A DNA stretch of 64,000 nt, taken from assembly GCA_965235115.1 (NCBI GenBank), contig OZ249448.1:17422001-17486000 (forward strand), written 5' to 3'. Under the pieces are notes generated by a model. That model saw nothing but the letters and a program-made list of their open reading frames with translations, had not been told where the DNA came from and searched no databases. Origin of the DNA: Laetmonice hystrix. Its lineage: Eukaryota. Numbering within the stretch: the stretch's first letter is position 1; each line of letters starts with the position of its first letter. Made by a program: the position numbers and the translations under genes. Shown one piece after another: positions 36,201 through 51,200 of the stretch.

Positions 36201-39200
36201 CCTCAATATAAAAATTCTTGCCAATAGTAGTTTTCTTCTTTCCTTTTAAGAGCCCTCTTTAGTATTAGCAATTTAATGGACGCTTTAATCATAAGGAGAC
36301 AATTTGAAAAATTTCCTGTAATTAACGTTAAAGTCAAGACTCCCGAAACAATTACCATTACGTCCTTCTATTGACTCACTTGCTTTTCATTCATACTTCC
36401 TGTAGCCAAATATCAGAGATTACATTACCAAGAAACTAATGTTGACATGACCTGACTTTGTACAGCGGGAATGTCATCAAATGGTACATGACCTCAAGGA
36501 AGTGCTCTAATAATAGCCACAGTTCCCCGATGGCACGTGAGACGATTTCAGTAATCATCAGTCCCATACTTGAAGGCTGCTAACTATATACCCCGAAAGT
36601 GAAAAGATCCATCAATTTATGAATGCCCAGTGTGGCAGTTTGAATTGAATCGGTGAATTCAATAAGCACCCAAGTCTACCTTCTAGGAGTTAGTCCTTTC
36701 TTGAACTCACTGTGTAGAAGTTAGAACATTTCGTCTTGAGCATGGAGTTAGACCCTTATTGAATTCACCGATTCAATTGTAATTTTCGACAATCAGTGGT
36801 GTCTACCACTTGGAGTGGGGTGGCAGACCACAATCAGCTGATCCCCCAAGGTCAAGGCCACACAGGAGAGCCTGCTGTAATAGTACACGGTTCCTTGACC
36901 TAGTTTCCTAGTGCAACATGTGCACAGGCACAATACACTATTCTACTGGTCGGCCCGTGCCCCATGACAGCATGGAAGCAGATTGTCAGTCACTCAGACA
37001 CACCAGTATCCGTGTGATGCCACAGGCACGGACAAGTTTCTGGAAGGAGTCAACAGCCCTAGGCATGAAGGTCTGACACTGGGCCCCGCTGTTGGCCACC
37101 AACAGCGATCATACCTCAGCCGTACACAGCCCACAATATAAACAACACTATCCACTACAAAATGAATTGGTCATAAGAGGACTATCATCTCAGAAAGCTG
37201 CTTTCAGCAATGGTCTAAGTGCGCCACTTCAGTACAATAACGCGCCTGAAGCAGGTGCCCAGTTTTCTGGGTCAAACTGAGATCAGGCATGTAAAGGCAG
37301 TAAGGCAACTTGATCATGGATCAGGTTGACGATCAATAGATTCGCCACTCACACTGGGTCACTCCTGCTAACTGGGTCACTCCCTCACCATGGCCAAAAT
37401 ACAATTCTCAAGCCACGACTAACCTTTATTTTTGAAATACTGCGACTATAGTCCACTTGCTCATGATCACAGGGAACATGGGTAAATGGTGTACATTTTA
37501 CAAAGCTTTCTTTCTGCATGAATTTCGGTAAATAAGAGAGATTGCCAAGCAAATGATTAAACGTGTAGAACTCACCTTTCTATGAGATTATGCAGGGCCT
37601 TAAATAGAAGGGTGCGGCATTCGTATGGCAGCCCTCCTTGGTCCCAGGATCCCCGTTCCACCTCTGAAACACATCAAAACATGTATGCTGTACCAGTATG
37701 AAGCATACCTGCAAGGGTTGAAAATTATGGTGCTCTAACAACCTGGGTTGGATCCTCTCTACACACAATTCTATCTGTGAATCTTCAACCTGATCTATCC
37801 AAATAATCTTGTCTTTCAAAGTGGTCTATAATGTCAAAATATTTTCTTTGATTGGTGTTTTTCTTAGCACTTATGCTGGTAGTGCAAACAGCTAGAAGTG
37901 TGGCCTATAGGGGGCAGCACTGAACGGGCCTGTGTCCATGGGTTCAGTAAGCTCAAAGAACATGTGCTCTAGGTCTCATACACCAGACAATATGGGTCAC
38001 AATGACCTAGATAAACCTTCTGGACCTTTTTACTGACGCTAGATAAAAAATCTCTGTTCTTCATATACCAGTACGATAGGACAGTAGCCAATGAAAGTGG
38101 CTTTGTATAGTACTGACATATACGTAATTTTTTTTCATTAATTTTATACTGCCCCACGGGCTCCCATTCCGCCCTTTTTTTACATGGCAGAGGAGAGCTT
38201 CTCGAGCCAAGTCAAGTAGTGCGTAAACGTGTGTGCCTGACGAGTAGAGAAATTTCCTTATTCTCAGCGCTAGAAGTGGGTCAAACGAACTGCAGCCCTG
38301 ACTATGGGAAACAACAGACAGCTTCCCTACCCCTCAACAAGGGATATATAAAAATGCAGCTACATGTTGTCTGTTACATTGCTTACACGTGCGTCTTACC
38401 CTTATTGATTTTGACGGACAGGGAAAGCTGACGCACTCGCTGTCTGCTTATGATAGCAAACACTGTGATACAGAGAAAGTATTATATCAATACTACCTAA
38501 GGATACTTTAATATTCCGAGTTTACTGCTAAGAGTTACAGATTAAATTTGACAGAATATAACAGTAGTAAGTGTCATTAACTGTGTTTTCCGGTACCAAA
38601 GTACCGTATTATTTTCCTGGGGTCTCCTGCCCTCCCATTGTTCACCCTGCCCTCAATACACCTGCCTTATGTATCACCTATATCCATTCATTAACTTCCA
38701 TTTACTGAGCACCACTTCAAGTCATGCTCAGTGGTTGATATAATAACGTACTATACATATACTGCGATATTAGGCGATACTTCGTCTGACCTTGTTTAGG
38801 GGGGGGATAATGTTGGAAAGTAGCGATGTAAACGGGCACACGCACACATTGGGCCGTGACCCCTCGCCATTATTACTCGGGCTCTCTCTGAGTGCAGGAA
38901 GAGCAGGACTGTCTGCCTACAATGTCTGCAGCATTCCACTACATTCAGCAGTGGCGTGTGACGGTGGCATTCCCTCGGCAGCGTTCAACTATGCTGACCC
39001 CTGTCCGCTGCCAAGACACCGATGCTGCTGCTGGGCCCCGCGGCCACCGCTGCTATAGTATAGCAGGGCCTGCTGGCCTCTTCTTGTACCCAGGTTCAGA
39101 CTGACTGCCATGTAATCTAGGTCACCACCACTCAGCCCCCGCCACCACATGCTGTCCGTATACACTAGCTGGGCACATGGCTCCCAAGTGCCAGTTTTAT

Positions 39201-42200
39201 ATGCTATCACTGCCTCGACCCCGCTGGACTGCACATCAGACGCAGGTTGCAGCTCCTGTGTGCTCTATGCCGCGGCATACTTAAACTTCACTGGGAAACG
39301 CCAGGCAGACAATAACCTTGACATAACAATAGTCAGGAAGCTCAAGGGGAGCTGGGGGCGGGCACAGGTCTAAATTCATGATTAGATAATGAGACATTAT
39401 AGTGAGAACCCAGGCTCTGGAAGGTGTGGGGCCACATGAAAACTCACTCAAGTGACCTGCCCTAAATATGCTTCCAAGGGGTTCTTTGGCTATCCCACAC
39501 TGACCTAATTTATAAAGAGGGTATAAATATACTGTAACCGCACTTCCCTTGTACCACTCTAGAACAGTGGCTACTTCACTTTTGATTAGGCCTTTCTCGG
39601 CAGCAAAACTTCCACTTATCCAATATAGCCGTGTAAGGGCACTACAAATGAAAGCCTTGATACTCACTACTTATCATGAAATCTCATGTGAAACCAGAAC
39701 ATTTCTTTCAACTGCTTCAGATTATTCGTGGCACCGAATAACGGAACCACTCAAACTCATGCAGAAAATGGGTGGATCCTACTTCCTGTTCAGACATAAC
39801 CATCTGTTTGTTTCTCGGATGAGAGACAAAGTTTCTTTTAATGAGGTACAGCATCGCTATATACTTATGGTAAATCATGACTAAGATTTCTTGACATCGG
39901 TGGCCATCTCTTAATTAACTTTTGACTCTTAAAAGAGTTTTTTGCTCTTCTTTTTAAAGACTGTCAAAGATGGGACGCCCTACTCTCCTCTCTATGCCTG
40001 TGGAGGAAATGCAAATTGCACGATTCTTGCTCTAAAGATGGCCTTAGTTGCTAGAAAGTCGCAATTAATGGCCCCCGTGTATCATCTCTCCACAGGCAGC
40101 TGTTAACCTGTGATAATATACAGCAGTAGGAATTTTCCATGTCCATCTATGACCTTTTAATCCACCAGCCAGGGCCCCAGCGTCCTGCCCTGACCTAGTG
40201 TCATGCTCAGTCCTGCTGACCGGCGGTCCTGTCAACAACTGACCAGTCAGTGCAACCATGACCCCTAGACATAATGTGTTAACAGTGTCACTGTTGGTAA
40301 TGGGTGGGAAGGGGGGGGGCATTCAGCTGGTTCAGTGTCACTGTCATATGGTACACAACTCTAACTGTAAGATTTAATTCTTCCAAGGGACCTTCTCTGA
40401 TTCTGGTTGCCTCAAACCTTGTTGTGATGATTCCTAACCATTTTCAGTAATATTACAACCGCCCAAGGTCAGGCATGGTCGGTAATCCAAGTCAAACTGG
40501 ATGGCAGCACTGTCCTGGCCTGGTCAACATTATATATACGAGAGCTCTTACAAAAGTTCTATACTTTTTGGTTTGGTTTTTTAAACCAGTATCATTTATT
40601 GTAAACACAAAAAAAAATCTAGATCTGAAGTCGAGGGATCGCCGTAAAGATGGCCTTAGAATTAGATGCCGACATGGCGTAAAACCACCATTACTCACTC
40701 AGAGTCGAGGGAAATATATGCATGTCTGACAATTGTCTATCCGTAACGGCAATGCCACAAATATAACACCTTTACAAGTAATATTCACTTTGATTTCTAA
40801 TCAGGTTCAAGATAAAGGGATAAAGTTTCAAGATATTCACACTAATTTGGGATGGTTCAGGACCTTAAACAAAGTCAAAGATTTTGTTGCTTCTCTAGCC
40901 TTTGAGCTCTCTTTAAAGAGAAAGAGAAGGTAAACTGGCAGAAAAATCGAAAATTGGCAAAACAAATTTATAGATTCCTTAACTATAGAATGCTGGCTCC
41001 AAGTCCAATTACTTCATTTGGGTATATTTTCTTGCAAAATTTGTGGGCGAAATTGGATTTCCATTGAATTGAAAAAGGCAATCGTCTTTTACTTTTACAC
41101 AGTTCGTTTGGTCTTTTTTGGTCCTAAGTCAAGAGAAAACGATATTTGTGCCTAATTTAAGGTGTAAGATGAATATCTATCTGTGATGTGTTGGCCAACA
41201 ACCAGATTGCCATACATAAGAGTTTATATCTCAATACTTTCTGCATATTAACATATTTTACCTTCGCTGTTAGTGTAAAAATTATTAATTTTTTCACGCA
41301 TTGCAAATTGGCAGATGGCTCACAGCGTATAATAATAGAGCTATGATCATACATCATGTAACACTGTAGGCTACCAGAATAACAAATACCAGCATCACCA
41401 ATGGCCTCCGCACATGAAACATCACATGATAACACCGATACTCTGCTGGCCCTCAAACAAAGCCCTGGTTTCTAGGCTTGATCATATATATGCAGGAGGA
41501 AAAGGCTGTAGTACTGTAATATTACTGACATCCTGCACTGAATCGATGATTGTGGCCAGTAACATCAGTCAATTCAGGGCAACCGTAAGACATCCCAAAA
41601 CAGGCACTACCGGTATAATTGAAGGGGGGAATTGCCACTGTCTGTGGGTCCCTATGCCGCCATGATACAAAATAAGTGAAGAATTACATCAAGGAGACAA
41701 GGACTGGTGATTTAAAATGAAAAAATTACAATTCTCTCGAACAGTAATAATACTATACGACACCCCAGACCCCCATGACATTGACATACTAGTCGGTATC
41801 ATGAAACTGATATACTTTAGACAGTTGAACCCTATGATGACCCGAGATGTTGGCTCTATGACTCCACCTCTGACCACAGCCAATAATAGGATACATGGCA
41901 GCCCGGGAGAGCCGTCTTCTAATGCTAAGAATGTTGATCCATGACTGACACGCCAACCCAGTACTGATAAGGCCAGCTGAGATTAGTTCTAACCTACGAC
42001 TGTGCACCCAACATCTACCTTTCTCTCCTCGTCTTGGTATGTCGACTTTTTATCCTTGCCCCTCGTCTCAGCTGGCCCTAGACTCGCGAACAAAATCATT
42101 CCGACTCTGCCCTTGTTCCCTCTGCTGCTTGCCAATTCCCACACTAGGTTTAGTTTTACAAAGACTAGAGAATTCCCTGAATGCTATCAACACGCTATGA

Positions 42201-45200
42201 TGGCAGGCGAGGTATACGGAGTGGCACACGGCCTAATGAGCGGTAGCACATGTCTCACTAGACACTGTATTAACCATGACATGGGAACAAATATCATCTT
42301 CTATTGGTGAGGGAGGGTCCCATACGGTCAGATTCTAATAGACAACACTATCCGTGCTCTTACCTGCAATTCTTTCTAAACTATGCATGGCAAGATTTCA
42401 AGAACCGTTTCTTGAGCTGCAGCTCAAGTTGTTACTTAGGAATTAAATATCACAGGACTGAGGTTCCGGAAATCCAGATCAATCTTGAAAACTAACATTA
42501 TTGATTGACTCGTGGCAGCAGATATGGTTTTTGTGTGTTTTTTGTTTGTTTTTTTTTTGTTTTTTTTTTGGGGGGGGGGGGTTGAGGGAGGGGGATTTCT
42601 ACAGCTTTTTGTTGTCTTGGTGCACAGGGCGGACCCATGGCACATCTATGAAGACGATACCGGCAGTAGGCTGCCATTCTTGTAAAACTGAAGTTGATGA
42701 TTATGCTTATAAGTATAACAATGTATACATACTGATACCACTATAACTATGACAGGGTCAGCTAGCAGGTCATCTACCCAGCAGGACTGTTCAATTAGGC
42801 TGCAGACCAGACCGTTGCCCTTTCAATAGTCTTATAATAGTACTAAAGACTGTTCCCGTAATGCACTGAACACTTGCTCTACTTCCAACTAATTTCTACC
42901 GGCCCTCTGGCTTTATGCCATGTACATTTTATCAGTTGCGGCTGACATTATTGAGAACTCTAGAGCAACCATAAATAATGGAAGGATTTCTGCCCCAGAA
43001 TCACTGTTGCAGAACTCAGTCTGGGTCCCAAATAGAAAAGGTAGATTCTCTAAGGCATTATCATGAAGATCTACCGTCAGGCTATCTACCACTCTAGACA
43101 TGGATGCTCTGAGAACTTTGACATTTATCAAATTTCTAATGCTCAATCGGGGAAAGTAATTGGCACCTCGACTACACACTGTATATGACCCGCTGAATGC
43201 ATGTAATGTTGCTCAAGACAACCAAGGGCTTGACTCCTCCTCCCAATCACCTACAAATAAAATAACTTCCAGTTTTTTTTCACCTTACAAACGGTCTTAG
43301 CTGCCGTAATCTACCAATCACTCAGTCACATACAGCTTTCGTCAGGCCAGCCTTCTAATATGTTCTTGTAAAAATATCCTTTCCTTCACTCAGGTTATGT
43401 AAAATGAGAAATATACTGCAAGTCGTATGCTGCTGGAACATAAGATTGGAAATCAGAACCCTGGAAATGTTCCAACCACTTGATCAAAACCTGTAAGTTT
43501 GGTAACATACAGAGTTACGGCGCAGCTCAAGTCTGGCCTCCGGTGAACCCAACGGGTGACCCTAGCAAACCTTATTGACTCTATCTAACTCAGACTGAAC
43601 ATTGAAACAGCCACACGGATGTACTGCAGGGGCTGGTCAACTTTGACAGTGAGCTCTTTCTCCCGATAATCCACAGCCACTACTCCTGTTGCTGATTCAC
43701 CAACGCCAACTACAAGTATTGGCTGAGGACAAGGTTGTCCTTCCGCCCCGCCGAGGTTAAATACCACACGTGTTTAGACACCTTATAATTACGTTTCATT
43801 TCTTTAAGTACGGAATCTTGTCTGCAATTATCAGATCCATAATTTATTCATGTTGAGTAAATTCTGCCTTATAATATGAGAAAAAAATTAATAATGAACT
43901 GCATTATAGTGACTGTCATGATCTGATATTTCTAACTTTTGCCAAGTATATCAGGGCTCGAAAAATATAGATCTACCAACTTCACTTCCCATTCGGGCAA
44001 GCAGCAGCCACAAGCCACTTGCCTGACAGTATTTCACTTGCAAGCCCCAAAATCTTTAATTTCAACACTGTTGGTTTTACCGTTGAGTATAGCTCTTAAT
44101 TTGCATAGATCTGTATTTTAAACCGAATTTGTCATAATGATCGTATTTTCTTCAAATACTGTCCAGAGAACCTTATCGCTAAGCAGACGGTGGTATTTCA
44201 AGCCTATAAGCAAAGAGGGTCTATTTTTCTCAGGATCACAAAAGTGTAAAACATCCAGAAATCTATGATTTTGCGGTTTTCCATGAATATTAACTTCGTA
44301 ACACCTTATAAAAATGCCCTCAGATCTATAGAAACTTTCAAGCCATTATTTAGCCAAGGTTGCAGGGTAACCTAGCATGTTGTTATACTGAATTTTATCT
44401 TTCCTGTATTATTGGGTCAACCAGTGAAGGCGGCTGAACTCTGATTTACAGCTGATTGACTGAGTACACTTTTCGATAATCGTGCACCAATAAAAAGAGC
44501 ATCCTATCAATTATTCAGGGTCTAGAAACCTCAGTCGGCACTTATTAATTCGAGCAAAGGAAAATCTTTCCTCCAAGCCTCAAGCAAACAAAACTGATCA
44601 GTCAACCTGGGTAGGAGGTAGCCAAAACTTTCAACAAATAGGACATCTTATATTCTAAATCATAAAACCTGAATAGTCTGAATGAAAGAATGAATGAACG
44701 AAACAAACCTTTAAAAATGATTTTAAAAAGTCTGACTCCATTTCATTTTCAATGCAGAACCATACAGAATGTTGTCAAGTCAACTGGGTCAAGTCCATCT
44801 GAGATGGTAGAAGAAGATGCAGTGCTGCCACCATCATTCCGTTCTGGGGCCGTATATAATTTAGTACCCTACCGTCAGTGATCCAAGCTCCTGCTGTTAT
44901 TGTCCCACTTTCAGTGTTTGCACGGGACACAGCACAACATGTTTTGTGTACCAGAGTCAGTGTAAAGGGCAACCTCTGGCTGCAGTTACAATATCAGCAA
45001 ACGGCACTCTATGGCTCAGCAACTCCTCTCACCATTGCAACATAACATTGTAACAGAGAAGTAACCAAGGGGAGTATCAATAAATTTACTATCACAGAAC
45101 CTACACGGCTACAGTCAGCAATTAGCCCTGTAATCCATTAAATCTAGACACTATTTATTGTATTGACACTAACACTGGTAGCAGGATATTTTGCAGATCA

Positions 45201-48200
45201 ATTTAGTAATTTCAGCAAATCACGCAATATCTACTTTCTTTACAAACATGAAATTTCCTCATGTTCTCTAATTTCGACTTACACAATGTAATTGTTTAAT
45301 TATCGTGTATGACCAGTAGAAAGCATTCAGATTACGTGTTCATTCAAGCTTTCAATTCATTGTCCATGTTCAACTGAACGCCAGAAATGTTAAATATCTA
45401 CCTCCGATCATGATGCCAAAATTGCTGTCTTACTCTTAGACTGGTGTAGCATGATTTGATCTCAAGGTTCATCACCAGATCAATATCTGGGGCTAGACGG
45501 TGTCTAGGCTGAGAACAAGGCTGACACAGACTTGTCCTCATCCCACACTTGGGACCCGAAGACCACACCCACCTGGTCATCCCAGGTTGGGACACTTCGC
45601 AGAATCGAAACTTTCTAAGAACTGAGCAGGGTTCTGACTGCGTCAAACTTCCCACTTTTTATCCCAGGTATCCTTTGAACTTAACTTGACTGACGTTTAA
45701 TTGGGTGAAGTAACAACTTGCCTAAAATCCCCATCTGAATAATCAAATGGCAAGAGTTTAACACTAACAGTAACAAGCATGCATGTTGACCGGCTCTGTC
45801 CAAAACAACCTTGCTCATAAGATAAGTGAATGTTTGTATCTGCCGTGTTTTGCTGCCCTACAAATTACAATAGATAACCTGATAAGCGTGTACTGTATCA
45901 GTATCACCCCCTCTCTGCTGGTCTGCTATATATATTCCTTACGTTGGATTAATATTCATAATCATAGTGCTCAATAAATGAGTATGCCATGTCAGCATTA
46001 AAACTGACAATCAGGAAAAGCAATTGGCTACTCATTATTTGCTAAGTCATTCTGTCAATTGGTCAGTTTCTTGGGTCAAGTTGATATATAATTCTTGTTT
46101 AATATGTACGTAATAATATTTCCTAGAGGCAGCTTACGGTATCTTTAGGCTACTAAGTACTGTTATGGATCCATGAAAGCTCAGCCCTAGTATTACATAG
46201 AAACCTATTTAATCAAAATTCTGGTGGCACTTTTCTAAATTTACATCCAGGCCAAGCGTGTTGCCAAAGTTTTCAAATTGATGGAAGGTTTCAAGCGACA
46301 GCACTCTACCATGAATTCCTACACTTCTGAGTAAAACGAAAAGATCTGATGACTTCTCGGCAATGGAAGTGAGCGGTGGCCATCTCACGAAACTTGGCTG
46401 GCAGTCATCATATCAACCATGTTTTCATGCCATAGCTGACCTACAAAACACCACGCTGTAATGTTATCCCGCATGATCATAAAAAGTTGATAAACTTTGA
46501 ACGTATACTGTATAGATTTCATCGCATGAGCCTGTCATTATTACCTAACCTTTCTTCCCTGACTACGATAAAATCAGCTAAACGCTTCAATTTCCTTCTA
46601 TAAGAAAAAGGCAGTGACAATATAATCCCTATAAATTAGCAGTGTTCACAATGAGATCTAGCACTTGTGTACAACCAGTCGCAAGGTCACAAAATAATCT
46701 CATGATACATAGGAATGTTTTCCACCGTAAGCCTCTGCTTTATCATAGGCTAAAATATGCACTTTGGCCGCATGCCATGTGTTCTGCCATGTCAAGCTAA
46801 GGTTAACTATAGGCTCTGCAAGGTGAGCTATGACACTGTTGGAATACACATTAAATTTAAGCATACTTTGAAATTTAGTAGCTCTACATAACACACATTT
46901 TGTCAGACGTAAATTGCCATGCTAGATTAAATTAATTTCAGGCCTTTTGCCCCTCTTGGGTTAATAGAGCAGACCTAAGAGATTAGCGGCTGTGAAACAC
47001 TTGTTTAAGTTCAACAGACTGACAGCAACATGGCCATGACAAAAAGTGAGGTCAGTTTACTATTACACTTTGCCGTCGCGGCGGCCGACCTGCACCACTG
47101 GATACAGCTGGTGCAATATCTGGCAGCAAGGGGTGGTCGGCCAGCCGGTTCACACTGGCTTGGTCATCACATTCACATGGCCTTTGAGTGAATACTGACC
47201 ACCCCAAATGACTAGCTAAATGATACAGCCACCGCTCAACCTTTACAAGAAAAGAACTTCTATAATTTATATACCCCCTCCAGGCATAGACCGGCGCTGA
47301 CCAACCCCTAGTCTGGTCAACTTGCTCACCCTAACAAATACGGCCAGCCTGTACCTCTCCTTCCCAAGCCCTTCCTCCACTCACGGGGTCACACCGGTCA
47401 AAGGTCAGGGGTCACACTGGCAAACATTCAACCTGGGCGCCTGACAGGTTCACCGGTGGGAGCTGAACAAGGCTGAGCCTGTGGGTCAAGCCGGCCATTG
47501 ATTAAAACTACTGGTCTGCAATAACAGCAAGTCCCACCGACCACCTGATAGAGGTCTTAAATCTCTACCCTTGTACATACACCTCTTCACATAATCGCTA
47601 TCTTTCAATACACTGACCGCTCAATCTTTAGGCATTCAGTGCTTTCTGCAGTAATCTAGGTCGAATCAACACTGGGTTTTTTGTCAAGTGCACTTCGATA
47701 AAATTTACGTAGTGGGTGTTCATGCCACCTAGGTATTATTAAAACACAATCCGGCTCTGCCATCCACATGCCCTCTATACTTGTTATTAAGTCTATGTTG
47801 GCTCAGAGCACTAGCCATCAGGCTATTGTCTTTGGACTTGCCCGACCATGCAATCAACTTGCAGGGCGTTAGGAATCGGCCATCACTGCTCCTAGGTCTT
47901 CTGACCTCGTTTACAAACTGGCCACTGATTCTCATCAATACATAATGTCAGATCTAGACTTCCTCCCGCCAATATTTTTCTTTAGCTAGCCACTGTAAAT
48001 AACTTGTCACTGTCAGGCTAAATTCTTGAGCCACATCACAATTTCTAATCCATTTTCTTCACACCCCACTGTTCGTGTTGTTATCATGACCATCCTTGTT
48101 TTCCCAACTATTCAAGGTGTTCACCAGGCTGGCCAAACAAGGGCATATTTCCCTCTAAATAATGTCGTTCAACACTTTAGTTTCTAATTCACCAATTGAT

Positions 48201-51200
48201 GCAAATGTGGCAACAGTTAGCAGAAGCCCAAAGTGTTTTGTCCTAGAATGTATCAACAATGGCATTCCAGTGGATTTAAGGTAATGGATCCATGATTTCT
48301 TAAACACATCCCCGCATACACCGCATAAACTTCTTGGGGTAAACTTTACTATTCATAAAATCAAACTCCCTTTCTAGGGACTGTGCCACTGACGGTCCGA
48401 GGTAGGATCAGCCAAAACAGGCGGTGGGTTCTATTTTCACATTACATGGGAAGGACAAGGTAATCCCCAGGACAAATTGAAATTGGAATGTCCAAGAAAT
48501 GAAATGAAAAAAAAAAAGACCCGTGAAATGGACCGAGTGATAGAGTAATAGAAAGAACATTAGCCAGTTCATGTGCACATGAAAAAAAAGTTCTCTAAAA
48601 CAGTCCTAGACAGACCATTAGCCAGATCATGCATGAACAAAAAAGTTCTGTCAAACACAGTTTCAGTCTAGTGATCTGAAATTACTGAAAAGACCAAATT
48701 CCAAGGCTACTAACATGTTTTTGCTATGTATTTGGTTCAGTCCCCCCCCCCCCCCCAATCTTCCTGATTTCCTTTAAATGATCTAGATTCACGTTGCCCT
48801 GATTCACCATGATTAGTCAAAAAGTTGGTGGCTATAATAAATTTTAAACAATGAATTAACTCTATTCAATGTTGTAGTTTAGAAAAGCCATGAAGGGCAA
48901 TGCATGCAATGAAGCTTTAAAAAAACCTCAAGAATGCATGGTTCTGATGATTTTGTTTTTTTCAGTTCACGTTTACCTAGTAAACGGAAAGAGATTTACT
49001 ACTATTTATGCCTTCCACAGATCTACTTCTCGCAAAGAAATTCTGCTTGAATAATCATATCTTTTGTTTTAAGATAATATTAATCTCAATATCTTGAAAA
49101 AGTCAACAAGCAGAGGCAAACTAATCAACATATTGCCAGCTAAACTTGTAAAGTGTCAAATTGGGCTGTTTAAAAATATTCACCATTAAGAATTAATGAA
49201 CTTAATCAAGACTGCTAGAGTCATCAAATGAGGACAACATGCCTTCAGAACTTCTGTGTGGGCGATGTGGCATGTCTACTTCCTGTGTGATGTACAGATA
49301 ATAGAAGCGTTGTCAATTGTCAAACCTGCCACCTGAGTCACACACGTGTGTCACTCTCAACAATCAGAAACCTGTATATTCTCTGTCTCTCTTTTTTTTA
49401 TCCCAAATCCCTCCGTCTTTGTCTACTTCTCATTCTACTGAATCTTTCTGAATGAAACTGACAACAATTTTAGGCAAATTTAGAAACCAACAAGCTAGGT
49501 CGAAAATGTTAAACTGGAAAGTGTCCAGAATTACCTAAATTTTACATTATAAACCTTGGATTGACATTACTCTGAGCAGTACTATCCCTTGACTAGGATA
49601 GCAGTGCTCAGCTAAAACATCAAATTTAATCTGGATTATAGCTGGTTCAACTTCAACTTTCAACTTCAAAACAGCTAACTTGGTCTGAAAATATTTCTGA
49701 TCTAATATGTGAACTGAAGTCTGTCCCACTATGAACATTGTATTACTGACCACAGGGTAAACAACATGACTTATATTATAATGTTTACCAGAATCAGTTC
49801 TAATTTTCAAAATTAAAATTTTCCAGGAAACAAATCCAATTCCAGATTCTTTCCGGAAATCTGCCCAGATATTGATGCAATATGATGATGCCCCCAATTC
49901 AGCATCTAGGCAGGCCTATATTTCATAATGCAAACTTGTCAAGTAAGATATCATTGCAGTCAATATAAGGATCGGTGTCGGTATCAATTTATAAGCACAG
50001 CAAATCCCAGCACTAATGTTCTGATTCAATGGCACTAAAAATTTAATTGCGTTTTGTCACCGAATGACCACAGATGATATCAGTCACCTAGAAGTAGAAC
50101 TATGTTGGTTTCTCTTAGCCAGCAGCCCTGTTTGTATCAAATTGGCAAAATATATTTCCCATTAACTAAAATGAACTAATTTGCAAGTCATAGCTTGGAC
50201 AACCTGGACATGGCCACTGTCCTGGGTATGGAAAATCTGTCCTCAATCTTTTTTTAAGATCGCTGTGTTAACAGTATTCTGAGTGAGAGTGTCACTGACA
50301 CAGAATCTAGCAGCAGAACTAATGACACCGACCCACATGTACTGATGTAACATGTGTATAGCAGTCTATCCACTGACTTCAGCCATAACTCAACTGAAGA
50401 TTCATGTGCCATGTATTTATGTGGCCATTCTATACTGCATGTGAAAATTCACCAAGCAAACATCTAAATTTTGTTCATGTTCATAAGCAGGAAAGAGGTG
50501 TCCAGCACTTAGATAATTTTCTATGGGAGGGCATAAAGTATGCTTGTCTGCATTTCTATTCATACTATAGGTCCAGTTTCGAAGGCATGGGTGTATTTTG
50601 GACCCACCCTTTCTTACTCTCCGGGGCCGCGCCCGCTCACAGACGAATATTACTGTCCCTGCATCCTATGCTGTGTGCTCAGCTTGGGGGACTTGGCCAG
50701 TGAGTGGGAGGGTGCCTGAGCCAGCAATGGTCAGGCAGGCACACTGGAAGAGGCAGGGCCTACCATAGTATTGGTCATTGGTTTAAATTATGCTGTTTCA
50801 AGTTCCTCATTATTATGTGTCAATGGGGACTGCGACCATTAAACTATAGAGGAACCGCCTATCGTCAGGACGAAGTTGGGCCATGATCGATCTGGGGTGG
50901 GGTATCCTGTGTATCGTAGACATAACGGTAGAATATATTCAGGCCTCGAATTAGAAGCTGCAAGGGGCACGGCAAAAACTGCCGTCGCTACATAAGAATC
51001 AACATCAGATTTTTCCAGGGCATGGCGGCAAATTTACGATACACGGAAAAAGCATGATGGCAAATGCCATCGATGCCGTCGTGTAATTCGAGGCCTGGTA
51101 TATTTGTTTCGATTTGACATTTTTAACTATATTTTCTCTGCATACTTTGCTATAGACGTCTGCGTATTTATGCTGATATGCACACGGAAGCACTGGGTGT

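Noticed and set aside
38237-38257. CTGACGAG-TAGA-GAAA-TTTC, hammerhead-like
   Set aside because: No stem II closing pair and no stem I complement
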